Positions 40,434-48,757 of a DNA stretch of 64,000 bases are shown piece by piece. Every line of letters starts with the position of its first letter. Within the stretch, counting starts at the first letter, position 1. The DNA comes from Bacilli bacterium (GTDB lineage: Bacteria > Bacillota_I > Bacilli_A > RF39 > UBA660). A model generated the notes under the pieces. It was not told where the DNA came from. It worked only from the letters and a program-made list of their open reading frames with translations, and searched no databases. Position numbers and translations under genes: made by a program. The stretch lies in the NCBI GenBank assembly GCA_017472015.1, contig JAFURC010000046.1, positions 23,315-87,314 of the forward strand, read 5' to 3'.

Positions 40434-40808
40434 TTATACATTCTGTTGTTGTTCTTCTAAATACTTCTCGTATGATTCCATAAACCTCATATAATCATCT
40501 ACATCAACATTTCCTATTTTAAATAAAATATTTGCTTTTTTAAAAACATATAATTTATCACATTTTATTATACTATCTTTACTTAAAGAATTTTTTGAAT
40601 TATGTTTTATTACCTCATTATATTTAAATTTAGATTTCTCTATATGTGATGATACAATTAACCCAAAATATTCAATTGGAATAACTCTTTCATCATCACC
40701 TACAACAACAAATAAATGATTAACTCCCTTCTCTTCATTATCATATTCAAATTCATTAACAAAAACAATATCACCAATATCATACTTTCCTTGTCTTTTT
40801 TTCATCAT
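40434..40808 (-). CDS. MazF/PemK-fold toxin-like protein
   Basis: IGDIVFVNEF..GVNHLFVVVGDD..GLIVSSHIEK..LSKDSIIKCDKLYVFKKANILFKIGNV follows the MazF/PemK layout. SD gggagg lies upstream. 124 aa. Confidence 0.6.
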   Translation of the reverse strand: MMKKRQGKYDIGDIVFVNEFEYDNEEKGVNHLFVVVGDDERVIPIEYFGLIVSSHIEKSKFKYNEVIKHNSKNSLSKDSIIKCDKLYVFKKANILFKIGNVDVDDYMRFMESYEKYLEEQQQNV

Positions 40809-40815
40809 TACCTCC

Positions 40816-40983
40816 CTAGTTGAAATATTTACTTTCTCCTTTATGAATTTCTTCTTTTGCAGGAATATCTTTGAATGCTTCGCTAACTGGTTTTATTAAG
40901 TTCTTTTTCTTATCAATATCAATTATTGTTTTTGATTTCTTTTTAATTTCTAAACTTTTAAAATCTAACTTCACTTTCTTCAT
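40816..40983 (-). CDS. Possible small Lys-rich ORF (55 aa)
   Basis: Hand translation MKKVKLDFKSLEIKKKSKTIIDIDKKKNLIKPVSEAFKDIPAKEEIHKGESKYFN*. No clear SD. Its 3' end is the sequence duplicated at 39880. Confidence 0.2.
   Translation of the reverse strand: MKKVKLDFKSLEIKKKSKTIIDIDKKKNLIKPVSEAFKDIPAKEEIHKGESKYFN
40817..40853. repeat. Direct repeat copy B flanking the toxin-antitoxin cassette
   Basis: See 39880-39916. The two copies lie 937 bp apart and bracket 39950-40808. Confidence 0.6.
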
Positions 40984-41061
40984 TTATATCCCTCCATTAT
41001 TTTATTACTACCAACATGGCTCATTATAATACAATAATTATTTTAAAATATCAATATATTT

Positions 41062-42069
41062 TTAAATTAAATTTAAACATTTAATTATTCTATTAATTAT
41101 AACTTTTTTTAAATTATAACATTTAGTATATTCTAAATAACTTAAATAACTATTCATACTAAAATAAAATTTTAATAAATCATCATTTATATTAAAATTA
41201 TTAATTATTTTAAATATCTTTTTTATATTTCTTTTTCTAGGAATTAATTTATCAGAATAAACTATATAACCACAAAAATCTATTCCATGATTATATTTAA
41301 AATATCTTGTTTTTTTATTTAAATTTAATTTTAAATTATTATTTAAAATTTTTCTTATTTCATCTAAAACTAACTTACATTCTTCTTTAGAATCAAGTAA
41401 AAAAATAAAATCGTCCATATATCTAATATAATACTTTACCCCTAAATTGTCTTTAATAAACCAATCTAGTTCATTAAGATAAATATTTGCAAAGTATTGA
41501 CTAGTATAATTTCCGATAGGTAAACCATTATTTATATTATCAAATAAGATTTTTTTAGTTAATTCAAGCAAATATTTATCTTTAATATCTCTTTTTAAAA
41601 TATTAAATAAAATATTTTTATCTATATTAAAAAAATATTTTTCTATATCACATTTTAAAACATAAAAATCTTTATTACTATTTTCTTTTAAATATAATTG
41701 TAATTTATTTACACATTTATGAGTACCTCTTCCTTTTATACAAGCATATGAATCTTTTATAAATCTTTTAACATAAAATGTTTTAATAAACTCTTCTATA
41801 TACCACTGATGAATTATTCTATCTTTAAAAGGAAGTGACATTATTAATCTTTCTTTTGGTTCATGAATTATAAACTCTTTATATTTACCGGGTTTATAAG
41901 TTAAATATCTAAGAGCATTATATATTTTAATTAAATTAGTTTCTAAATTAAGTTCAAAATCTATAACTTCTTTTTTATTTCTTTTATTTTTTCTAGCTCT
42001 TAAATAGGCATTATATAATTTATCTATATCTAATTTATCAAAGTAACATCTCTTTAATGTTTTAGACAT
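41062..42069 (-). CDS. DGR reverse transcriptase
   Basis: 335 aa. LPIGNYTSQYFANIYL (the [I/L]GxxxSQ motif characteristic of DGR RTs) and YIRYMDDFIF (YxDD). Adjacent to Avd and the TR. Confidence 0.9.
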   Translation of the reverse strand: MSKTLKRCYFDKLDIDKLYNAYLRARKNKRNKKEVIDFELNLETNLIKIYNALRYLTYKPGKYKEFIIHEPKERLIMSLPFKDRIIHQWYIEEFIKTFYVKRFIKDSYACIKGRGTHKCVNKLQLYLKENSNKDFYVLKCDIEKYFFNIDKNILFNILKRDIKDKYLLELTKKILFDNINNGLPIGNYTSQYFANIYLNELDWFIKDNLGVKYYIRYMDDFIFLLDSKEECKLVLDEIRKILNNNLKLNLNKKTRYFKYNHGIDFCGYIVYSDKLIPRKRNIKKIFKIINNFNINDDLLKFYFSMNSYLSYLEYTKCYNLKKVIINRIIKCLNLI

Positions 42070-42401
42070 AATTTAATATATTCTCCTATTATATTATTAA
42101 TATTATTTAATTTATTACTCCATACATAATAATTTCTTTTATTAATATATTTATTTTTATAAGAAAGTCTTATTAAAAAACATAACATTTTAATATTTAC
42201 ATCTAATAAATTAAGATTATTAATTTTAGATTCATTATTATAACTTTTAAATATTAAAATAATTAATTTCATACCTTCATAAGTATTATTTTTAATATCT
42301 AAAACTAAAGATGTTTTTTCATCTTGTGGATATTTTTTTAATATATTATGAGTATAATATATTAAATCATCATATAAATTATATAATTTATATTTATCCA
42401 T
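42054..42401 (-). CDS. avd: DGR accessory variability determinant (Avd, four-helix-bundle protein)
   Basis: About 115 aa from ATG 42401 (MDKYKLYNLYDDLIYYTHNILKKYPQDEK..). Overlaps the RT start by 16 nt. Size, position and helical pattern fit Avd. The track start at 42470 adds an implausible hydrophobic extension. Confidence 0.72.
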   Translation of the reverse strand: MDKYKLYNLYDDLIYYTHNILKKYPQDEKTSLVLDIKNNTYEGMKLIILIFKSYNNESKINNLNLLDVNIKMLCFLIRLSYKNKYINKRNYYVWSNKLNNINNIIGEYIKLCLKH

Positions 42402-42590
42402 AAAAAAACATAAATACAATAATATATTTATGAGAACTTGTTCCATTTTCAAAAATACTTGGGTACTCACAGAACTTTCTTTTAGTTATTTTTTCCATCA
42501 AGGAAGGTGTAAAGCTGTACAGAAAAAATTCGATTTTTAATATTTCATCATGGTCCTATATAGGCATCACTAGAAATAACGTTTATTTGT

Positions 42591-42734
42591 ACTCACGCGA
42601 GACCAGCAACGCCGGGCGGCCGCTGTTGTTGTTGTTCGCATCACCATTGTTGTTGTTCGAGTTCGTGATACCCCAATTGTCAGAATTGTTACTATTGCCG
42701 CCCCGTTTGAACCACGGATTGCTGGAATTCGGCA
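42591..42734 (-). repeat. DGR template repeat (TR)
   Basis: 144 bp, 116/144 identical to 43134-43277 without gaps. The coding-strand sequence is rich in AAC/AAT codons (AAC AAC AAC AAT ... AAC AAC AAC AAC AGC). Confidence 0.88.
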
Positions 42735-43035
42735 AAGTGACTATAAAACAACAGCCAAACGCTAACGCTTTTTACCTATCTTAATTAATATAAAATTATA
42801 TAGTTATTAATAAACCTCAAATATTATTTAATTAAGACAAAAACATAGTATCATAAATATATATATATTGTAAATCCTTTCTAAAATATTTTTAAGTTTA
42901 AAAATAAACTTTATAGAATTAATTAAAGTGATAACTAATTCTATAAAATTTCCAAGTCTTAGTCTCAAACGACTAAGACTTGGTATTAGTTTTATGATGA
43001 TAATACCATTTACGATATAATAAATTTTTATTGAG

Positions 43036-43072
43036 TCGACTCCAGTCCCATTGCAGAGGGGGACTGGGTCGA
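43036..43072 (-). other. GC-rich hairpin/cruciform downstream of the VR
   Basis: 13-bp stem tcgac(t)ccagtccc / gggactgggtcga with one bulge and a 10-nt loop. Lies 42 nt past the target stop codon. No T-run follows on the minus strand. Confidence 0.5.
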
Positions 43073-43113
43073 TTACAGGTACCAACTTACGATCTTATCT
43101 TACTTTCTTGGCT

Positions 43114-45864
43114 TTATTCACTTAACCAAGGAAACTCACGCGAGACCACCACAGCCGGGCGGCCACTGTCGCGGTTGAACGCAGCACCATTACGGCTGCT
43201 CGAGTTCGTGATACCCCAAGAGTCAGAATTATCCGCATCGCCGCCCCGAACGAACCACGGAGTGCTGGAAGTCGGCATATAACGATAAACTTCCCCCCAA
43301 CCGCCAGTTGAAGAACCAAATGTTGTTGTTGCTTCTCTTGTTGCATCACCTAATTTTCCTCTTGATTGACTATTTATACTATAATCACTTGAACTATAAG
43401 AATATTTATCATAGTATTTATCATTTGGAATATTTCCAGTAGTTGATGTTGACCAGGTACCGGCAGATGATGGATAAAAGTTACCAGAACTACCAACCAT
43501 ATTTCCCATCACTCTTTCATAAGCCCCACCATTCATATCATATACACCATATATATTTCCAGTTGTTGAAGCGCCAGCCCCTCGGTAACCTCTTCCTTCG
43601 GTTGCTATTGTCATATCGTTGTATAAGAAAGTACTACTTGTACTAGTTGTTCCGGTTCCATTATATGTTCCACTAGAGTAACCTGTTTTATAAATATAAT
43701 TAGATGATGATGTATAGTAATTATTTTTATAAACTCTTCGATAGTCTCCTGTGTATAAAGGATTAGACCATTTACCATACTGTGAATAAGATAAATAAGT
43801 AACTGCTCCCCATTCCATGTTTTTTAACATGTGTGTATCAATATTATTGCTATCATTTTGAATTTCACCCGATAGATAAGAATTACTATCTAAATGAGAT
43901 GTAGCATTTTCACTTTGAGTGAATCCATGAATATTATTATATGTTTCCATACCTCTTATATTGGCAAATATATTTGAGACAGATATATATCTTAAACTTT
44001 GTTCATTTGGTTTTATTAAAATATTTAAACCTGTTTTATTACAATTAGTTGTACTTTGACTTGATAAACATGTTGCATCGTCTGTTGATATTTCAAATTT
44101 AGCCATCCAGAAACCGGTTAATTCTTCATCTCCAAAAGTGAAAGCAGGATGGGTGTAAGTACTTTTTCCATTTATAATTGACCCATATGTAGAGTCTGTA
44201 CAAGTTTCGCTTGATGAAGAATCAGATGCGGTTTGAATATTATCAACACAGGTAACTGTACCAGTTTTATCGATTCCATGTTCAAATTCTATTTCAATTA
44301 ATTGTTCTTGACTACCTTCGTTATTTCCACTCCATATTGTATATTTATATCTTGGAATCCATACCCACATGGTAGTTATATCTTCCATTTTAACTTCTTG
44401 ACCTAATTGGCCACCTAAACTACCTACTACACTTCCTTGGTGAATATCAACACTTGTTACGATTCCATTTACATAACTTTTTATTTCATATAATTTAACG
44501 CATGATGTTTTAGTATCTGAGTTACAAGTAAAATATCCAATATTACTTGATGTATAAGCTGTTAAAACTGCATCATCTGATAAAGTAAATATACCTGTTG
44601 TTTCATCATAAGTATATGAAGTGGATGCTAATTGTTTTTTCTCAGAAGTTACAGTAGTAACATCTGCAGTAGTTGAAGTCCATGGATAAGTTGATGCTTC
44701 TGTATGAGTTAACTCACTTGATAAAGTTGATGTTATATTTATATTAGAAATTGTTGCTATATCATTACCACTCGCAGAACTACCATCTTTAACATAAGAT
44801 GCTGTCAAAGTATAGGTAGTATTTGCATTTAAAGAAAATTCCTTACTTCCTGTTATAGAACCACTCTCCGCACTAACTAATGTTGTGTCTGTTGAACCAT
44901 TATTAATTTTAATCGTTAGTTTATCCCAGCCAGATTCACTACTAACAGTATAATCGAAAGTTAAAGTTCCTGCACTTGAAGTTGTAAAATTAAATGTTGC
45001 TGTTGAAGTTGAACTATTTACCCCCTTATTACCACTAGTATAAGTTGTAATAGTCTTAGTCTCAGTTATTTCTTCATTAGTCTCTATCGTAACTGGAATA
45101 TCTTCTTTAACTGTTTCAGGGCCTGAAAAACCTTTATATTCATCCATTACATCTTTATTAACTGTTACAGCATTTGCCCACATAAAGTCTTCATAATCAA
45201 ACCATTTATATGTTTCATTTAAATTCTTTCTATCAGCAACTCTCCATACTCCTTCTGTATCACTTACTTTGTCATAGTAAATTGGAATCATATTATCAGT
45301 TAACTCAGGAAAATTTGCTCCACTTTGATCTAAATTTGATATTTGCATTCCTTCAACAAGAACTACTTTAGAAAAACTTAAATTATTTGGATTAACATTA
45401 TAATCAATCCACATAACAAGTTCATAAGTGAATGTTTCCCCTACTTCAATATTTCCTTCATCTATTAAACCTTCATTATCTAAGTTTTTAATATCTAAAG
45501 TTGTTGTTTCATTTGTTAAATCACTAGTTCTTTTAAGTTGATATCTAACATCAGTATTTTTCATAGTACTAATTATACCTTCTTTATCAACTAAACTAAC
45601 TTTATAACTTGCTATCATTGTTCCAGTATTTTTTACTTGAAAAGTAGTTTTATTATTAGTTAATCCTTCACTATCTAACATTGGATAAGTATTAGGTATT
45701 TCAATACTTGTCATATCTGTTAGTAAAATAACCCCAAAATTAGATAAAGTTAGCCCCGTATTATTGTTACTAACTTTCTCTGCTTTTAAATAGGAGTAAC
45801 TGGTTCCTACTACTCCTAATATAACTATTAAAGATATCATTAAAACAAAAACTTTTTTCTTCAT
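43114..45864 (-). CDS. DGR target protein: secreted 916-aa protein with a C-terminal FGE/C-type-lectin-like variable domain
   Basis: N-terminus MKKKVFVLMISLIVILGVVGTSYSYLKA (TasA/SipW-type signal-like). Thr/Ser-rich middle. GFWMAKFEIS and GVYDMNGGAYERV resemble FGE-sulfatase/CLec folds. The VR covers the last ~55 codons. Confidence 0.85.
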   Translation of the reverse strand: MKKKVFVLMISLIVILGVVGTSYSYLKAEKVSNNNTGLTLSNFGVILLTDMTSIEIPNTYPMLDSEGLTNNKTTFQVKNTGTMIASYKVSLVDKEGIISTMKNTDVRYQLKRTSDLTNETTTLDIKNLDNEGLIDEGNIEVGETFTYELVMWIDYNVNPNNLSFSKVVLVEGMQISNLDQSGANFPELTDNMIPIYYDKVSDTEGVWRVADRKNLNETYKWFDYEDFMWANAVTVNKDVMDEYKGFSGPETVKEDIPVTIETNEEITETKTITTYTSGNKGVNSSTSTATFNFTTSSAGTLTFDYTVSSESGWDKLTIKINNGSTDTTLVSAESGSITGSKEFSLNANTTYTLTASYVKDGSSASGNDIATISNINITSTLSSELTHTEASTYPWTSTTADVTTVTSEKKQLASTSYTYDETTGIFTLSDDAVLTAYTSSNIGYFTCNSDTKTSCVKLYEIKSYVNGIVTSVDIHQGSVVGSLGGQLGQEVKMEDITTMWVWIPRYKYTIWSGNNEGSQEQLIEIEFEHGIDKTGTVTCVDNIQTASDSSSSETCTDSTYGSIINGKSTYTHPAFTFGDEELTGFWMAKFEISTDDATCLSSQSTTNCNKTGLNILIKPNEQSLRYISVSNIFANIRGMETYNNIHGFTQSENATSHLDSNSYLSGEIQNDSNNIDTHMLKNMEWGAVTYLSYSQYGKWSNPLYTGDYRRVYKNNYYTSSSNYIYKTGYSSGTYNGTGTTSTSSTFLYNDMTIATEGRGYRGAGASTTGNIYGVYDMNGGAYERVMGNMVGSSGNFYPSSAGTWSTSTTGNIPNDKYYDKYSYSSSDYSINSQSRGKLGDATREATTTFGSSTGGWGEVYRYMPTSSTPWFVRGGDADNSDSWGITNSSSRNGAAFNRDSGRPAVVVSREFPWLSE
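43134..43277 (-). repeat. DGR variable repeat (VR) inside the 3' end of the target gene
   Basis: Encodes ..PTSSTPWFVRGGDADNSDSWGITNSSSRNGAAFNRDSGRPAVVVSRE... It differs from the TR at 28 positions, 20 of them at TR coding-strand adenines. Confidence 0.88.
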
Positions 45865-45951
45865 TTATTCTCACCTATCATGAAATAATTATACCATAGA
45901 TAAAAAAAAATACAATAATAAATAAAATTTTTTATTGCATTTTATAATTAA

Positions 45952-46785
45952 TTATTTTCTCATTTGTAAACTATTAGCAAGATAAACATTTTCCATTAAA
46001 CTTATAACTGTCATTGGACCTACTCCACCAGGAACTGGTGTCATTAAATTTGAGATATCAATACATTCACTATTTATATCTCCATAAAGTTTATTTTCAT
46101 ACCTATTAATTCCAACATCAATTAAAATACTATTTTCTTTAATCATATCACGAGTTATTAAATCTTTTTTACCAACAGCGCTTATTAAAATATCTGCTTC
46201 TTTTGTATAATGACTTAAGTCTTTAGTCTTCGAATGACACAAAGTAACAGTTGCATTTTTATTTAACAAAAGATGAAATAAAGGAAGTCCTACTAATTCA
46301 CTTCGTCCAACTATCACTACATTTTTACCTATAAAGTCAACATTATAATAATCAAATAAAGTCATGATTCCTTTCGGAGTACAAGGTAATAAACTTTCTT
46401 CTTTTTTTATTAATTTAATTAAATTATTATTAGTTAACCCATCTACATCTTTTAAAGGATTAATACTATTTAAAATCCTATCTTTATTTAAATTAACAGG
46501 AAGTGGTAATTGAACAATTATTCCTGTTATTTTTTTATCTTTATTTAATTTATCTATTTCATTAATCAAATCATCTTCTAAAATATTATCAAAGTGTAAA
46601 TTTAAAAAATTATACCCTATTTCAAGAGCCATCTTTTCTTTTTGGTGAACATAAACTTTACTTGCTTCATTAGAACCAACACTAATAACTACTAAAGCTA
46701 ATTTACTTTTTAATTCATTTACCTTTTTAATTAATTCTTCCTTTCTTTCTAAACTTATTTTCTTTCCATCAATTATTTTATTCAT
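45952..46785 (-). CDS. folD: Bifunctional methylenetetrahydrofolate dehydrogenase/cyclohydrolase
   Basis: 277 aa. VGRSELVGLPL and TPVPGGVGPMT motifs. Confidence 0.92.
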   Translation of the reverse strand: MNKIIDGKKISLERKEELIKKVNELKSKLALVVISVGSNEASKVYVHQKEKMALEIGYNFLNLHFDNILEDDLINEIDKLNKDKKITGIIVQLPLPVNLNKDRILNSINPLKDVDGLTNNNLIKLIKKEESLLPCTPKGIMTLFDYYNVDFIGKNVVIVGRSELVGLPLFHLLLNKNATVTLCHSKTKDLSHYTKEADILISAVGKKDLITRDMIKENSILIDVGINRYENKLYGDINSECIDISNLMTPVPGGVGPMTVISLMENVYLANSLQMRK

Positions 46786-47419
46786 ATTCTCTTAATTCCT
46801 TTCTTAACACTTTATAATTTGGAACAACTTTACTAACTAAAGACCAAAATTCTTTTTGATGATTTGGAAATACTAAATGTGATAACTCATGAACTATTAC
46901 ATAATCTAAATATTTAAGATCTTTCTTTATTAGGTCTAAATTTAAAGTAATTCTTTTTGTTTTAATATTACATACTCCCCATCTAGTTTTCATCTTTCTA
47001 ATTGTTAAACTAGGATATGGAATTTTAATTGGAAAAATATTATAAATTTTATCTAATTCTTCTTTAAATATTTCTTTAGATCTTTCTATTAACCACTTAT
47101 CAAGATTATAATTTCTACTAACAAAAACTTTATCACTTCCTAATACCAAATCATCACTATTTAAATAAACTATATCATACTCTTTACCTAAATAATAAAA
47201 TTTTTTTTCGTATTCTTGTTGTTTTACTTTTTTTTGATACATTTTTTTTATACTATCTAAATTATCTTCAATTGATTTTTCAAGAACTTTATCTTTAGTA
47301 TAATAATTGGTTGTAATATAAATTTTTAAATCTTCTTTTACTCTTATATAAGTATTTTTATTACTTCTTTTTTTTATTATACAAACTTCTACTTCCTTGT
47401 TATCTATTATTATTTTCAT
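46778..47419 (-). CDS. YgjP-like metal-dependent hydrolase (DUF45/M48-like)
   Basis: RWGVCN.. and HEXXH motif VHELSHL near the C-terminus. 213 aa. Confidence 0.72.
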   Translation of the reverse strand: MKIIIDNKEVEVCIIKKRSNKNTYIRVKEDLKIYITTNYYTKDKVLEKSIEDNLDSIKKMYQKKVKQQEYEKKFYYLGKEYDIVYLNSDDLVLGSDKVFVSRNYNLDKWLIERSKEIFKEELDKIYNIFPIKIPYPSLTIRKMKTRWGVCNIKTKRITLNLDLIKKDLKYLDYVIVHELSHLVFPNHQKEFWSLVSKVVPNYKVLRKELREYE

Positions 47420-47463
47420 ATACCACCTAGTTAATTATAACAAAAAAAAGTAGGATTACCTAC

Positions 47464-48678
47464 TTATTTTGCACATTTTTCTTTATATCTATATTGAATT
47501 TTATCACTACCAATTACTTTTTGATATCCATTTGGCATTTCATTTTCTAAAATATAATCCGTATAACTTGGTTCGCCTTGAATTATATCTCTTGATTTAT
47601 AATAAGTTGTTGTAACTGTTGTTGTAATAGTATCTTGATAACTATAATAAGTTGTTGTTTTATATTTTTTAACATCACTACATACTTTCTTTTTATAACT
47701 ACAAGTATACGATCCTATTCCATTTATTTTACAACTATCAGCTTGATTATCCCAATATGTTAATGTTTTACTTACAGTTTTATCACTACAAACAGTATCA
47801 TAATAAGATGTTTTAACACTTCTTGTAAAAATTTCTCTTCCTTCTTTCGATTCTGGTTTTTTAGTTGATTCACTACTAATTTCTGTTTTAGTTGAAACTG
47901 TTTCTTCTTTTTCAACTGTTTCAACATCTAATGTATCAGTTTCTTTGATTTCAACCGGTGTTAATTCTGACCATTCACCATAAGTAATATTTGGTTTATA
48001 ACCAATAACTAAAGTTCTAGTTTCTACTTCTAAAGAATCATCTTGAATATATTCATCTGTCCAGTTACCAAATACTCCACATACTTTTGTATCATTATTA
48101 GTATTACTATCTTCACTATTATTATTTTCTTGATCTATTACTTCTTCTTCATCATTTGGTACATAAGTTTCTCCATTACAAGTTAAACAATTACCATCTA
48201 AATCATAATAGTAAACAACTGAATTTTCCATACTAGAACAAAGTAGATGGATTTTTAACATATAATCATTTTTATTTCTAGTCATACTAATATATGATGT
48301 ATTGTAACCACATTTAGTTGAGTCATAATCTTTAATTTCAGTAATTAATCCTTTATTAATTAATTCTTGAATGTTAAGAGATACTTCTTCATTAATTTCT
48401 TTTGGTTTATTATCGTTTTCAAAATAATAATCCTCAGCAACACTTCTTAAAATTGCTATATTATTATTAAAAACTAATAAACTTTCATTTGGATCTAATT
48501 GATTATTATGATCACGATTTTTAATTTTAAATACTATAAAAATTATTAAAGCTATACAAATAATAATAAGTATGATTTTTAAAATTAATCCCCATATACT
48601 TTTTTTATTAGGATTATTATATTGTTCTGCTTCTTCTATATATTCATTATAATCAAATTCATTTTCTTCTGTATACAT
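47464..48678 (-). CDS. Membrane-anchored hypothetical protein
   Basis: Acidic N-terminus, a single TM (IWGLILKIILIIICIALIIFIVF), and a Cys/Thr-rich extracellular part. No family recognised. Confidence 0.5.
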   Translation of the reverse strand: MYTEENEFDYNEYIEEAEQYNNPNKKSIWGLILKIILIIICIALIIFIVFKIKNRDHNNQLDPNESLLVFNNNIAILRSVAEDYYFENDNKPKEINEEVSLNIQELINKGLITEIKDYDSTKCGYNTSYISMTRNKNDYMLKIHLLCSSMENSVVYYYDLDGNCLTCNGETYVPNDEEEVIDQENNNSEDSNTNNDTKVCGVFGNWTDEYIQDDSLEVETRTLVIGYKPNITYGEWSELTPVEIKETDTLDVETVEKEETVSTKTEISSESTKKPESKEGREIFTRSVKTSYYDTVCSDKTVSKTLTYWDNQADSCKINGIGSYTCSYKKKVCSDVKKYKTTTYYSYQDTITTTVTTTYYKSRDIIQGEPSYTDYILENEMPNGYQKVIGSDKIQYRYKEKCAK

Positions 48679-48757
48679 GGTACTTCCCCCTTTAATTGTT
48701 TCATATTATACTACATTTTTTTTTAATTGTCAAATGAAAACGCCTATTTTAGGCGTG

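Noticed and set aside
41062-42069. Reverse transcriptase as a retron, Abi/UG defence RT or group II intron maturase
   Set aside because: The IGNYTSQ motif, the overlapping Avd-like gene and the adjacent A-biased TR/VR pair point to a DGR. There are no msr/msd-like inverted repeats abutting the RT, and no intron domains or an X/En domain.
42828-43085. 85-aa minus-strand ORF in the VR-TR spacer
   Set aside because: It starts inside the GC-rich hairpin, has no SD, and gives a low-complexity Ile/Leu-rich product. More likely non-coding spacer. I cannot exclude a small protein.
42587-43349. Track ORFs 42587-42784(+), 43031-43282(+), 43122-43349(-), and also 43443-43646(+)
   Set aside because: These are artefacts of the GC-rich TR/VR segments (few stop codons) or are antisense or out of frame to the 916-aa target gene. 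They lack an SD and show implausible Leu/Pro/Arg-rich composition. The TR is a non-coding template.
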